Source of the DNA: the human T2T-CHM13v2.0 reference genome, Homo sapiens
DNA: 64,000 nucleotides
Direction: 5' to 3' (one strand)
Assembly (NCBI RefSeq): GCF_009914755.1
Contig: NC_060939.1
Position 1 is the stretch's first letter, and every line of letters starts with the position of its first letter. The position numbers and the translations under genes were made by a program. Below the pieces are notes generated by a model. That model made no database searches, was not told the DNA's origin, and saw only the letters and a program-made list of their open reading frames with translations. Below are positions 30,391 to 44,432 of the stretch, piece after piece.

Positions 30391-31404
30391 CTGCAAAAAA
30401 CGTGAAAGAGAGAATATAGCTTAAGTCATTTTTAATGAATTTAAATAATAGAGTTCAAAACCAATGAGCTATAATCGAGATTTTATTCCACAGCATTGTT
30501 TTTTATCACTTTTTAAAAATTTGAAACAATCACAAACGTCAGAAAAGTTACAAGTCCTTTACTAAAACTATTTTCCTGAATCATTTGAGAATAATTTGCT
30601 TATATGATAGCCCATCATCCTTTAAAACGTCAATGTATATTTCCAAAAACCAAAAACATTCTCCTACATAATAAATGCAACCATTAGAATCAGGAAATTG
30701 GCACTGATACATTATTTATATTTAATACAAAGACTCTATTCAAGTTTCAGTGGAACCAATTATGCCCTTTATAGCAAAAGAATCTAGTTCAGAATAAAAA
30801 TGTTAAGTTTTGGCTTCATGTCTCTTTGGTCCCTTTCAGTCTACGACAGTTCCATAATATCTGTGGGGAAGGGAAGGGGGAAGATTAGAAGAGATAATTT
30901 TAACTTATTTTCATTTTTTTCTAGTTTTATTAAAGTATAATTGACAAATTAAAATTGTAAATATTTATGATGTACAATGTGAAGCTTCGATAAATGTATA
31001 GACTGTGCAATGACTGCCAAAAAGGTAATTAACATATCCATCACCTCACAGAGTTTATGTGTTGAGAACATTTAAGATCTACTCTATTAGCAATTTTCAA
31101 GTACACCATACATTATTATTAACTGTAATCATCATGCTGACCAATTGATCCCCAGAATTTCTCTCTCCTGTCTGAAACTTTGCACCCTTTAATCCATTTC
31201 TCCCTTTCTTTCACAAGCCCCAGTAAGACTCCATTCTACTCTCTGCTCCTATGAGTTCCATTTTTATACATTCCACTTATAAGTGAGATCATGCCACAGT
31301 TGCCTTTTTGTGCCTGGCTTATTTTACATAGCATCATGTCCTCCAAGATCATCCACACTGTCAAAAATAGAGAGATCTCTCTCTTCTTTTCTTTCTCTTT
31401 CTCT

Positions 31405-32167
<763 letters not shown>

Positions 32168-32335
32168 TTTCTTAAGGCTGAATAATATTCTATTTTGTGT
32201 ATGTGTGCATGTATACACATGCACACACACAAAGAAAATGTGTTCTATGTATATACAGCCACACACACACACCACATTTTCTTTTTCCATTCTTATGTTG
32301 AAAAGCACTTAGGTTGATTCCATATCTTTCTTCCA

Positions 32336-33701
32336 CTTGATCGAATTGGCTATTGAAGCTTGTGCACGTCATGAAGTTCTCATGGCATGGTTTTCTGCTC
32401 CATCAGGTCATTTAAGCCCTTCTCTCCACTGTTTATTCTAGTTAGCTATTCGTCTTTTTTTCAAGGTTTTTAGCTTCCTTGCGATGGGTTAGAACATGTT
32501 CCTTTAGCTCACAGAAGTTTGTTATTACTGACCTCCTAGAGCCTACTTCTGTCAACTCATCAAAGTCATTCTCTGTCCAGCTTTGTTCCATTGCTGGCAA
32601 GGGGCTGAGATCCTTTGGAGAAGAGGTGCTCTGGTTTTTAGAATTTTCAGATTTTCTGCTCTGGTTTCTCCCCATCTTTGTGGTTTTATCTAACTTTGGT
32701 CTTTGATGTTGGTGACCTACAGAAGAAGTTTTGGTGTGGATGTCCTTTTTGTGGATGTTGATGCTATTCCTTTCTGTTTCATAATTTTTCTTCTAACAAT
32801 CAGGTCCCTCAACTGCAGGTCTGTTGGAGTTTGCTGGTGGTCCACTCCAGACCCTGTTTGCCTGGGTATCACCAGCGGAGGCTGCAGAACAGCAAATATT
32901 GAAGAACAGAAAATATTGTTGTCTGATCCTTACTCTGGAAGCTTCGTCCCACAGTTGCACTTGCCTGTATGAGGTGTCTGTTGGCCCCTACTGGGAGGTG
33001 TCTCCCAGTTAGGCTACACAGTGGTCAGGGATCCACTTGAGGAGGCAGTCTGTCCATTCTCAGAGATCAAATGCCATGCTGGGAGAACCACTGCTCTCTT
33101 CAGAGCTGTCAGATAGGGACGTTTAAGTCTGCAGAAGTTGTCTGCTGCCTTTTGTTCAGCTATGCCCTGCCCACAGAGGTGGAGTATATAGAGGCAGTAG
33201 GCCTTGCTGAGCTGCAGTGGGCTCCACCCAGTTCAAGCTTCCTGCCCACTTTGTTTACCTACTCAAGCCTCAGCAATGGTGGACACCCCTCCCCCGACCA
33301 GGCTTCAGCCTCGCAGATCTCAGACTGCTGCACCAGCAGTGAGCAAAGTTCCGTGGGCGTGGGACCCACTGAGCCAGGCACAGGAGAGAATCTCCTGGTC
33401 TGCCAGTTGCTAATACCGTGGGAAAGGCACAGTATTTGGGCAGAAGTGTACTGATTTTCCAGGTACAGTCTGTCACGGCTTCCCTTGACTAGGAAAGGGA
33501 AATTCCCTGACCCCTTGCGCTTCCTGGGTGAGGTGATGCCCCGCCCTGCTTTGGCTCACCTCCGAGGGCTGCACCCTCTGTCCAACCAGTCCCAATGAGA
33601 TGAAGCAGGTACCTCAGTCGGAAATGCAGAAATCACCCGTCTTCTGCACCAATCACACAGGAGCTGTAGACTGGAGCTGTTCCTATTCGGCCATTTTGGA
33701 A
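32336..33701 (-). mobile_element. L1PA (L1PA6/7-like) 5'UTR plus ORF1 start, 3' part missing
   Basis: Minus-strand start gttccaaaatggccgaataggaacagctcc; ORF1-like N-terminus MGRNQSRKSENSKNQS (32442..32675). Confidence 0.92.
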
Positions 33702-33799
33702 CTGCTCTCATCTCAATTTCTTTCATCAATATTTTACAGTTTTCAGCATATAGAGCATTTACTTTCTTATTTTAAAAATTTTTTTTGCTGTCAGAATCT

Positions 33800-36700
33800 G
33801 CATTTTATTTTTTATTTTTATTTTTGTTATTTTTTAATTTCAATAGTTTTGGGGGAACAGGTGGTTTTCGTTACATGAATAGGTTCTTCAGTGGTGATTT
33901 CTGAGATTTTGGTGCACCTATCACCCGAGCAGTATACACTGTACCCAATGTGTAGTCTTTTGTACCTCACCCCCCGAACCCTTCCCCCAAGTCCCCAAAG
34001 TCCACTGTAACATTCTTATGCTTTTGTGTCCTCATAGCTTAGCTGCCACTTGTAAGTGAGAACATACGATATTTGATTTTCCATTCTTAAGTTACTTCAC
34101 TTAGAATAATGGCTCCAACTCCATCCAGGTTGCTTCAAATGCCATTATTTGGTTCCTTTTTATGGCTGAGTAGTATTCTATGGTATATGTACACCACATT
34201 TTATCAACTTGTTGATTGGGCATTTGGGCTGGTTCCATATTTTTGCAAATGCAAATTGTGCAGCTATAAACATGCGAGTGCAAGTGTCTTTTTTATATAA
34301 TGACTTCTTTTCCTCTGGGTACATATCTAATAGTGGGATTACTGGATCAAATGGTAGATCTACTTTTAGTTCTTCAAGGAATCTCCATACTGTTTTCCAT
34401 AGTGATTGTACTACTTTACATTCACACCAACAGAGTAAAAGTGTTCCATTTCCACCATATCCACAACTATATTATATATAATTTTTTAATTTTGGCAATT
34501 CTCACAGGAGTAAGGTGGTATTGCATTGTGGTTTTGATTTGTATTTCCCTGATAATTAATGATGTTGAGCATTTTTTTCACAGGTTTTTTGGCCATTTGT
34601 ATATCTTCTTTTGAGAATTGTCTATTCATATCCTTAGCCCACTTTTTGATGGAATTATTTCTTTTTTTTCTTGCTGATTTGAGTTCCTTGTAGACTCTGG
34701 ATATTAGTCCTTTGTCCAATGCACAGTTTACAAAGACTTTTTTGCAACTCTATGGGTTGTCTGTTTACTCTGCTGATTATTTATTTTGCTGTGCAGAAGA
34801 CTTTTAGTTTAATTAAGTCCCATCTATTTATCTTGGTTTTTGTTGCATTTGTTTTGGGGCTCTTGGTCATGAAGTCTTTGCCTCTGCCAATGTCTAGAAG
34901 GGTTTTTCCAATATTATCTTCAGATCGTTATGGTTTCAGGTCTTAGACTTAAGTCTTTGATCCATCTTGATTTGGTTATTGTATATGGTGAGACATGAGG
35001 ATCCAGTTTCATCCTTTTAACATGTGGCTTGCCAATTATCCCACCAACATTTGTTGAACAGGGTTTCCCTCCCCCACTTTATGCTTTTGTTTGCTTTGTT
35101 GAAGATCAGTTGGCTGTCAATATTTGACTTTATTTAAAGGTTCTCTGTTCTGTCCATTGGCTTATATGCCTGTTTTTATACCAGTACCATGCTGTTTTGG
35201 TGACTACAGCCTTATAGTGTAGTTTGAAGTTGGGTATTATAATGCCTCCAGATTTGTTCTTTTTGCTTAGTTTTGCTTTGGGCATGAAGGCATTTTTTTG
35301 GTTACATATAAATTTTAGGACTGTTTTTTCTAGTTCTGTGAAGAATGATTATGTTATTTTGATGGGAATTACACTGAATTTGTAGATTGCTTTTGGCAGT
35401 ACGGTCATTTTCACGATATTGATTCTACCCACCATGAATATGAGATGTGTTTCCATTTGTTTGTGTCATCTATGATTTCTTTCAGTAGTGTTTTATAGTT
35501 TATCTTGTAGAGGTCTTTCATCTCCTTGGTTAGACATACTCCTAAGTATTTTTAATTTTATTTTATATTGTATTAATTTAATTTAATTAATTGTAAAAGA
35601 GGTGGAGTTCCTGATTTGATTCTCAGCTTGGTTGTTATTTGTATATAGCAGTGCTACTGATTTGTATACACTGATATTGTATCCTGAGACTTTACTGAAA
35701 TCATTTATCAGATCTAGGAGCTTTTCAAATTAGTCTTTATCATCTTCTAGGTATATAATCATATCAACAGTGAACAGTGACAGTTTGACATACTCTTTAC
35801 CTATTTGGATGCCCCTATTTCTTTCCCTTATCTGATTGTTCTAGCTAGGACTTCAGTACTGGGTTGAATAGAAGTGGTGAAAGTGGGCATACTTGTCTTG
35901 TTCAAGTTCTCAGAAGGAATGTTTTAAACATTTCCCTGTTCAGTATAATGTTGGCTGTGGGTTTGACATAGCTTTTATTACCTTAAGGTATGTCCCTTCT
36001 ATGTTGATTTTGCTGAGGGTTTTAATCATAAAGGGATGCTGAATTTTGTACTCAAGAAAGCACCGAGAAAGGGGAAAACAAACATGAGGGAATTAAAATT
36101 AAATACAGAATATGGACAACAAAAACTCCAGAGAAATACATATCATAAATAAAAATCACAAATTCTGGAATGAAAGACACACTTAGAAAAACGCAAAAGA
36201 CATTGAAAAGTTTCAACAATAGAATCAAACAAGTAGAATAAAGAACTTCAGAGCTCAAAATCAAGAAGGCTTTTAAATTGACCCAGTCCAACAAAGACAA
36301 AGGAAAAATAATTTTTTTAAAAATGAACAAAGCCTCCAAGGAGTCTGAGATTATGTTACATGACCAAACCTAAAAATAACTGGTATTCCTGAGGAGGAAA
36401 TCTGAAAGTTTCAAAAACTTACTTGAGGGAATAATCAAGAAAGACTTCCCTGCCTTGCTAGAAATCTAGACATGCAAACAGAGGAAGCTCAATGGACATC
36501 CAGGAAATTCATTGCAATATAATCATCACCTAGGCACACAGTCATTAGGTTATCTAAAGTCGAAACAAAGTAAAGAATTTTAAGAGCTATGAGGCAAAAG
36601 CATCAGGTAACCTATAGAGGAAAACCTATCAGATTAACAGATTTTTCAGCAGAAACATTATAAGCCAGAAGAGACTGGGGTCCTACCTTTAGCCTCCTTA

Positions 36701-38563
36701 AACAAAATTATTATCAGTTAAGAATTTTGTATCCAGCAAAACTAAGATTCATAAATGAAGACAAGATAAAGTCCTCTTCAGACAAACAAATGATGAGAGA
36801 GAGACTACCAAGCCAGCACTAAAAGAACTGCTAAAAGGAGTTCTAAATCTTGAAACAAATCTTGAAAACAAAACAAAACAAAACAAAATAGAACATCCTT
36901 AAGGCATAAATCTCACAGGGCCTATAAAACAATAACACAAAGAAAAAAAACCATGGTATTCAAGTAACAACTGGCATGATGAATAGAATAGTACCTCATA
37001 TCTCAATACATTGGATGTAAATGGCCTAAATGCTCCACTTAGAAGATACAGAATGGCAGAATGGATAAGAATTCATCAACCCAGTATCTGTTATCTTCAA
37101 GAGACTCACCTAACACATAAAGACTCACATAAACTTAAGGTAAAGGGGTGGAAAATGATATTCCATGCAAATTCACACCAAAAGTGCAGGAGTAGCTATT
37201 CTTGTATCAGACAAAATAAACTTTAAAGCAACAAGAGTTAAAAAAGACAAAGAGGGACATTATATAATGATGAAAGGCCTAGTCCAACAGGAAAATATCA
37301 CAATCCTAAATATATATGCACCTAAAACTGCAGCTCCCAAATTTACAAAACAATTACTACTATACCTAAAAAATGAGATAGATGGGAACACAATAATAGT
37401 GGGGGACTTCAATACTCCACTGACAGCACCAAACAAGTCATCAAAAGAGAAAGTCAACAAAGAAATTATGGACTTAAACTATACCCTACAACAAATGGAC
37501 TTAACAGATATTTACAGAACATACTGGCCAACAAATGCAGAATATACATTCTATTCATCAGCTCATGAAACATTCTCCAAGATAGACCATGTGACAGGCC
37601 ACAAAACAAGTCTCAATAAATTCAAGAAAATCAAAATTACATAAAGTACTCTTTCAGACCACAATTGAATAAAATTGGAAATCCACTCCAGAAAGAACCC
37701 TTAAAACCATGCAAATACCTGGAAATAAAATAACCTGCTCCTGAATGGTCGGTGGGTCAACAATGAAATCAAGATGGAAATTTAAAAATTGAACTGAACA
37801 ATAATATTGACACAACCTATCAAAACCTCTAAGGTACAGCAAAACCAGTGCTAAGAGGAATGTTCACAGCATTGAATACCTACATCAAAAAGCCTGAAAG
37901 AGCACAAGAAGACAATCTAAGGTGACACCTCAAGGAACCAGAGAAAACAGAAACCAAACCAAACCCAAACCCAGCTGAAGAAATGAAATAAGATCACAGC
38001 AGAACTAAATGAAATTGAAGCAACAAAGACAAGACAAAGATAAACTAAACAAAAAGCTTGTTAAATTATTTGAAAAGATTAACAAAATTGACAGACCATT
38101 AGCGAGATTAAGCAAGAAAAGAAGAGAGAAGATCCAAATAAGCTCAATTAGGAAAGAAAGGGGAGATATTACAACTGATAACACAGAGATACAAAAGTTT
38201 ATTCAAGGCTACTGTGAACATCTTCACACACATAAACTAGAAAACCTAGAGGAGATGGATAAATTCCTGGAAATATACAACACTCATAGATTAAACCAGG
38301 AAAAAAATAGAAACTCTGAACAGACAAATAATGAGCAGTAATATTGAAATGGTAATAAATAATTACCAACAAAAAAAAAGTCCAGGACAAGGTGGATTCA
38401 CAGCTGAATTATATTAGATATTCAAAGAAGAATTGGTACCAATTCTACTGAAACTATTCCAAAAGACAGAGAAGGAGGGAATCCTCCCTAAATCATTCTA
38501 TGAAGCCAGTATTACCTTAATACCAAAACTAGGAAAAGACAACAAAAAAAGCTACATGCCAAT
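33800..38563 (-). mobile_element. L1PB (L1PB1-like) with inverted 5' part: 33800-36049 minus, 36050-38563 plus
   Basis: L1PB-type 3'UTR; strand switch at ~36050; plus segment carries ORF1 end and ORF2 EN (ORF 37165..37644). Confidence 0.88.
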
Positions 38564-40748
38564 ACCTCCTTCTTTAAATTTATCCATAAGTATTTTTTCA
38601 TGTTATTGTAAAAGAGATTGTTTTCTTGATTTCTTTAATAGTTAATTGCTAGTACCTAGAAATACTACTCATTTTTGAATGTTGATTCCATGTTGTGCAA
38701 ATTTACTGAATTCATTCAGTATTTCTAACAGTTTCTGGAATCTTTAGAGTTTTGTGTATACAAAATTATGTTATCTGCAAGAGACAATTTTACTTCTTCC
38801 TTTCCTATTTGGATGGTTTGTTTCTTTGTTTTCTAACTGCTCTAGGAGAACTTTCAATACCATAATGAATAGGAGTGCTGAGTGGGAATCCTTGTGTTGT
38901 TTCTGTTCTTAGAGGAAAACCTTTCCATTTTTCACTATTGATTATGATGTTAGATGTGGGCTTTCATATACGGTCCTTATAATCTCAAAGTACATTCCTT
39001 CTGCACCTAATTTGCTGAGAGTTTTTAAAATCATGAAGCAATGCTAAATTTTGTTAACATGCTTTTTCTTCATCTGTTGAGCTGATAATAATTTTATTCT
39101 TTATTCTGCTAATGTGGTTTATCACATTTATGGATTTGTATATGTTGAAACGTCCTTGCATCCCATGAATAAATCCTACTTGATCATGGTATATGATCCT
39201 TTTAATGTACTGTTGAATTGGGTTCGCTTGTTTTTGTTGAGGATTTTGCCATTACTATTCATCATAAGAGATAATGGTCCACAGTTTTCTTCTCTTGTCG
39301 TGTCCTTGTAGTATCAGGGTAACCCTAGCCTCATCAAATAAATTTGAAAGTATTCTTTCCTCTTCTATTTTTCAGAAGAGTCTGAGAAAGATTGATACTA
39401 ATTCTTCTTTCAATGTTTGGTAGGATTCATGAGTAAAGTTAAAGGGTCCTGGGCTTTTGTTTATTGGGAGGTTTTCAATTACTGATTCAATCTCTTTACT
39501 CATTATTGGTCTGTTCAGATTTTCTATTTTTCATGATCCAGTCAAGGTAGGTTGTATGTTTCAAGGAATTTATTCATTTATTTTAGGTTATTCAATTTAC
39601 TTGTATATAATTTCTCATGGTAGCCTACTATAATTATTTATATTTCTGTGGTATCAACTTCAATGTCTCCTCTTTCATTTCTGATTCTATTTATTTGAAT
39701 CTTTCTTCTTTTTTTCCCTTAGTTTAGCTAGAGATTTGACAGTTTTGTTAATCTTTTCAGAAAACACAATTCAGTTTTGTTGATCATCTCTATTGTTTTT
39801 CCAGTCTCTCCATTTATTTCTGCTCTGATCTTTGTTATTTCCTTCCTTCTACTGACTTTGGGCTTAGTTAGTTCTGCTTGTTCTAGTTACTTGAGATATA
39901 AGTTAGATTGTTTATCTGAGAGTTTTTCTTAATGTAGGCATTTATTGCTATAAACTTCCCTCTTAGAAATCCTTTGTTGCATTCCATAAGTTTTGGTACA
40001 TTATTTCCATTTTCATTTATCTCAAGATAATTTGATTTCCCTTTTGATTTATTCCTTGACCTACTGGCTATTCAAGAGCATTTTGTTCAATTTCCAGTTC
40101 TCCTCCTATTACTGATTTCTAGTTTAATATTATTGTGGTCACAAGAGGTACTTGATAAGACTTCAATCTTATAAAATTTGTTAAGACTTGTTTTGTGGCC
40201 CAATATATAATCCATCCTGGAGAATTTTCTTTGTGTACTTGAGAAAAATTTGCATTTTGTTGCTTTTGGATAGAATGATCTGTATGTGTCTGTTAGGACC
40301 ATTTTGTCTAGAGAGTTGTTCAAGTCCTCTATTTCCGTATTAATTTTCTCTCCATATGATCTATCCATTTTTGAAAATATGGCCTTAAAGTCTCCTATTG
40401 TTAATGTATTGCTGTTATTTCTCCCTTCAATTCTGTTAATATTTGCTTCATATATTTAGGTGTTCTGACACTGGGTGCATATATATTTACAATTGTTAGA
40501 CACTCTTTGCAAATTGACCCTTTTATTATTATATGAATACCCTCTTTGTCTCTCTTAAAAGATTTTGACTTTAAAGCTTACTTAATCTGATAGAAGTAGA
40601 GCTATCCTAGTTCTCTTTTATTACCATTGCATAAATTTATTTTAATCATCTCTTCACCTTCAGTCTATGTGTGTCCTTAAAGCTAAAGTGAGTCTTTTGT
40701 ATGCAGCATATAGCTGTTTCTTTCTTTCTTTTTTTTTTTTTTTAAATC

Positions 40749-41048
40749 CGGCCAGGCATGGTGGCTCATGCCTGTAATCTAAGCATTTTGAGAGGCCAAG
40801 GCGGGTGGGTCACCCGAGGTTAGGAGTTTGAGACCCACCTGACCAATATGGTGAAACCCCATCTCTACTAAAAATATAAAAATTACCCAGGTGTGGTGGT
40901 GTCTGCCTGTGGTCCCAGCTACTCAGGAGGCTGAGGCAGGGAGAATCTCTTGAACCCGGGAGGGAGAGGTTGCAGTGAGCTGAGATCGCACCACTGCACT
41001 CCAGCCTGGGTGACAGAGCAAGACCACATCTCAAAAAAAAAAAAAAAA
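40749..41048 (+). mobile_element. AluS
   Basis: Full dimer, A tail, TSD aaatcc. Confidence 0.96.
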
Positions 41049-41138
41049 TCCAGCCAGCCACTTAACATCTGTTGATTAAAGAATTTAACCCATTTACATT
41101 TAAAGCAATTATTGACATGGAATAATTTACTACTGCCA

Positions 41139-41439
<301 letters not shown>

Positions 41440-41481
41440 TTAATACTACCACTTTGTTCACTGTTTTCTGATTGTTTTGTA

Positions 41482-41561
41482 TTAGGTTGGAGCAACAGTA
41501 ATTGCGGTTTTTGCCATCACTTTTAATGGCAAAAACCACAATTACTGTTGCTCCAACCTAA
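41482..41561. mobile_element. MADE1 (Hsmar1-derived MITE), full 80 bp
   Basis: Two 37-bp TIRs ttaggttgg...ccaacctaa; TA duplications at 41480-41481 and 41562-41563. Confidence 0.95.
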
Positions 41562-41869
41562 TAGTAACTTCATTCTCTTCTTCCTCTATTCCTCTCTTCC
41601 TTTGTGATTTGATGATTTTTTAAATAATGGTACACTTTGATTCCTTTCTCTTTATCTCTTGTGTATGTACACAAGGTTTTTCCTTGTGGTTATATAAGGC
41701 TTACATAAAACATCTTACAGTTATTATGTTATATTTTGGGATGATAACAACTTCATATGTACCACATACAAAAACTCTACACTTTAACTCCCACTCTCAC
41801 ATTTTATGCTACTGATTTCACTATTTACATTTTAAATATATTGTGTATCCATTATCAAATTATTGTAAT

Positions 41870-44432
41870 AATTTAATTTTAATTTTTGTGGGTGCATGGT
41901 AGGTATATATATTTATGGGGTATATGAGAGGTTTTGATATAGGCATGCAATGCATAATAATCACGTCATGAAAAATGGGGTAACCATCCCCTCAAGCATT
42001 TATCCTATGTGTCACAAATAATCCAATTATACTCTTTTAGTTATTTTAAATGTACAATTCAATCATTATTGACTACACTCACCTTATTGTGCTATCAATA
42101 CTTGGTCTTACTCATTTTTTCTAACTAACATTTTTGTACCTATTAACCATCCCCATCTCCCCACAATCCTCCCACTCCTTTTCCCAGTTTCTGGTAACCC
42201 TCCTTCTGCTCTCTATTTCCATGAGTTCAATTGTTTTGATTTTCAGAACCCAAAAATAAGTGAGAAATGCAATGTTTGTCTTTCTGTGCCTGGCTTATTT
42301 CACTCAACATAAAAATTTTCAGTTCCATCTATGTTGTGTGGATAACAGGATCTCCCACTTTTTTATGGCTGAATAGTACTCCATGTGTAAAGGTACCACA
42401 TTCTCTTTATACATTCATCAGCTCATGGACACTTAAGATTGCTTCCTAATCTTAGCTATTGTGAACAGTGCTGCAACAAACCTGGGAGTGCAGATATCTC
42501 TTTGACATACTGATTTTTTTTCTCTGGGGTATACACTCAGCAGTGGGACTGCTAGATTGTATGGTAGCTCTATCTTTAGATTTTTGAGGAACCTTCAAAT
42601 TGTTCACTGTAGTGGTTGTACTAACTTACATCCCCACCAACAGTGTATGAGGGTTCCCTTTTCTCCACATCCTCACTAGCATTTGTTATTGCCTGTCTTT
42701 TGGATATAAGCCATTTTAACTGGGGTGAGATTGTATGTCACTATAGTTTAGATTTGCATTTCTCTGATGATCAGTGATGTTGAGCACCTTTTCATATGAC
42801 TGTTTGCCATTTGTATGTCTCCTTTTGAGAAATGTCTATTCAAATATTTCGCCCATTTGTTAATCAGATTATTAGTTTTCCTATAGAGTTGCTTAAGCTC
42901 CTTATATATTCTGGTTATTAATCATCCCTTATCAGATGAGTAATTTGCAAGTATTTCCTCCCATTCTATGGGCTGTCTCTTCACTTTACTGGTGGTCTCC
43001 TTTGCTGGTCAGAAGCTTTTTAGCTTGATGTGATCCCATTTGTCCATGTTTGCTTTGGTTGCCTGTGCTTGTGGCATATTGCTCAAGAAATCTTTGCCCA
43101 GACCAATGTGCTGGAGAGTTTTCCCAGTGTTTTCTTGTAGTAGTTTCATAGTTTGAGATCCTAAATTTAAGTCTTTAATCCCTTTTGATTTGATTTTTGT
43201 ATATGGAAAGAGATAGGGGTCTAGTTTCATTCTTCTGCATATGGATATCCAGTTTTCCCAGCACCATTTATTGAAGAAACTGTCCTTTATTCAATGTATG
43301 TACTTAGCACCTTTGTTGAAAATGAGTTCACTGCAGGTGTGTGGATTGGTTTCTGGGTTCTCTTATTTTGTTCCATGGGTGTATATGTGTTTTTATGCCA
43401 GTACCATGCTGTTTTGGTTAACGCAGCTTGTAGTATAATTTGAAGTCAGGTAATGTGATTCCTCTTGTTTTACTCTTTTGCTTAGAATAGCTTTGGCTAT
43501 TCTGGGTCTTTTGCGGTTTCATATAAATTTTAGGATTTTCTTTTCTATTTCTGTGAAGAATGTCGCTGGTATTTTGATAGGGATTGCATTACATCTGTAA
43601 ATTGCTTTGGGTAGTTTGGACATTTTAACAATATTGATTATTCCAATCCATAAACATGGAATATCTTTCCATGTTTTGGTGTCCTCTTAAATTTCCTTCA
43701 TGATAGTTTTCATTGCAGAGATATTTCACTTCTTTGGTTAACTTGATTCCTTAGGTATTTCATTTATTTTTGGCTACTATACATGGGATTACTTTTTAAT
43801 TTCTTTTTCAGATTTTTCTCTCTTGGCATATAGAAATGCTGATTTTTGTATGTTGTTTTGTATCCTGCAAGCTTACTGAATTTTTTTACCAGTTCTAGAG
43901 GGTTTTTTGATGAAGTCTTTAGGTTTTTCCAAATATAAGATCGTATCATCTGCAAACAAGGAGAATTTGACTTTTTCCTTTCCAACTTAGATGCCATTTA
44001 TTTCTTTCTTTTGTCTGATTGCTCTACCTAGGACTTCCAGTACTATGGTTGAATAATAGCAGTGAAAGTTAGAATAATAGTGGTGAAAGTGGGCATCCTT
44101 GTTGTGTTCCTGATCTTACAGGAAAGGCATTCAGCTCTTCTCCATTCAGTGTGTTACTAGCTGTGGGTCTGTCATATATAGCTTTTATTATGTTAAAGTA
44201 TATTCCTTCTATATCCAGTTTTTTGAGGATTTTTATCTTGAAGGAATGTTGGATTTTATTAAATGCTTTTTCAGCATCAGCGGAAATCATATGGGTTTTG
44301 TCCTTCATTCTGTTGATATGACATATCACGCTGACTGATTTGTGTATGTTGAACCATCCCTGCATCCCTGGAATAAATCCCACTTGGCCATGATGAATGA
44401 TACTTTTAATGTTTTGTTGAATTCAGTTTGAT
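41870..44432 (-). mobile_element. 5'-truncated L1MA1/2-like element
   Basis: L1MA-type 3'UTR; ORF2 remnants 43009..43230 and 44069..44383 ([15 protein letters not shown]...[11 protein letters not shown]). Confidence 0.9.
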
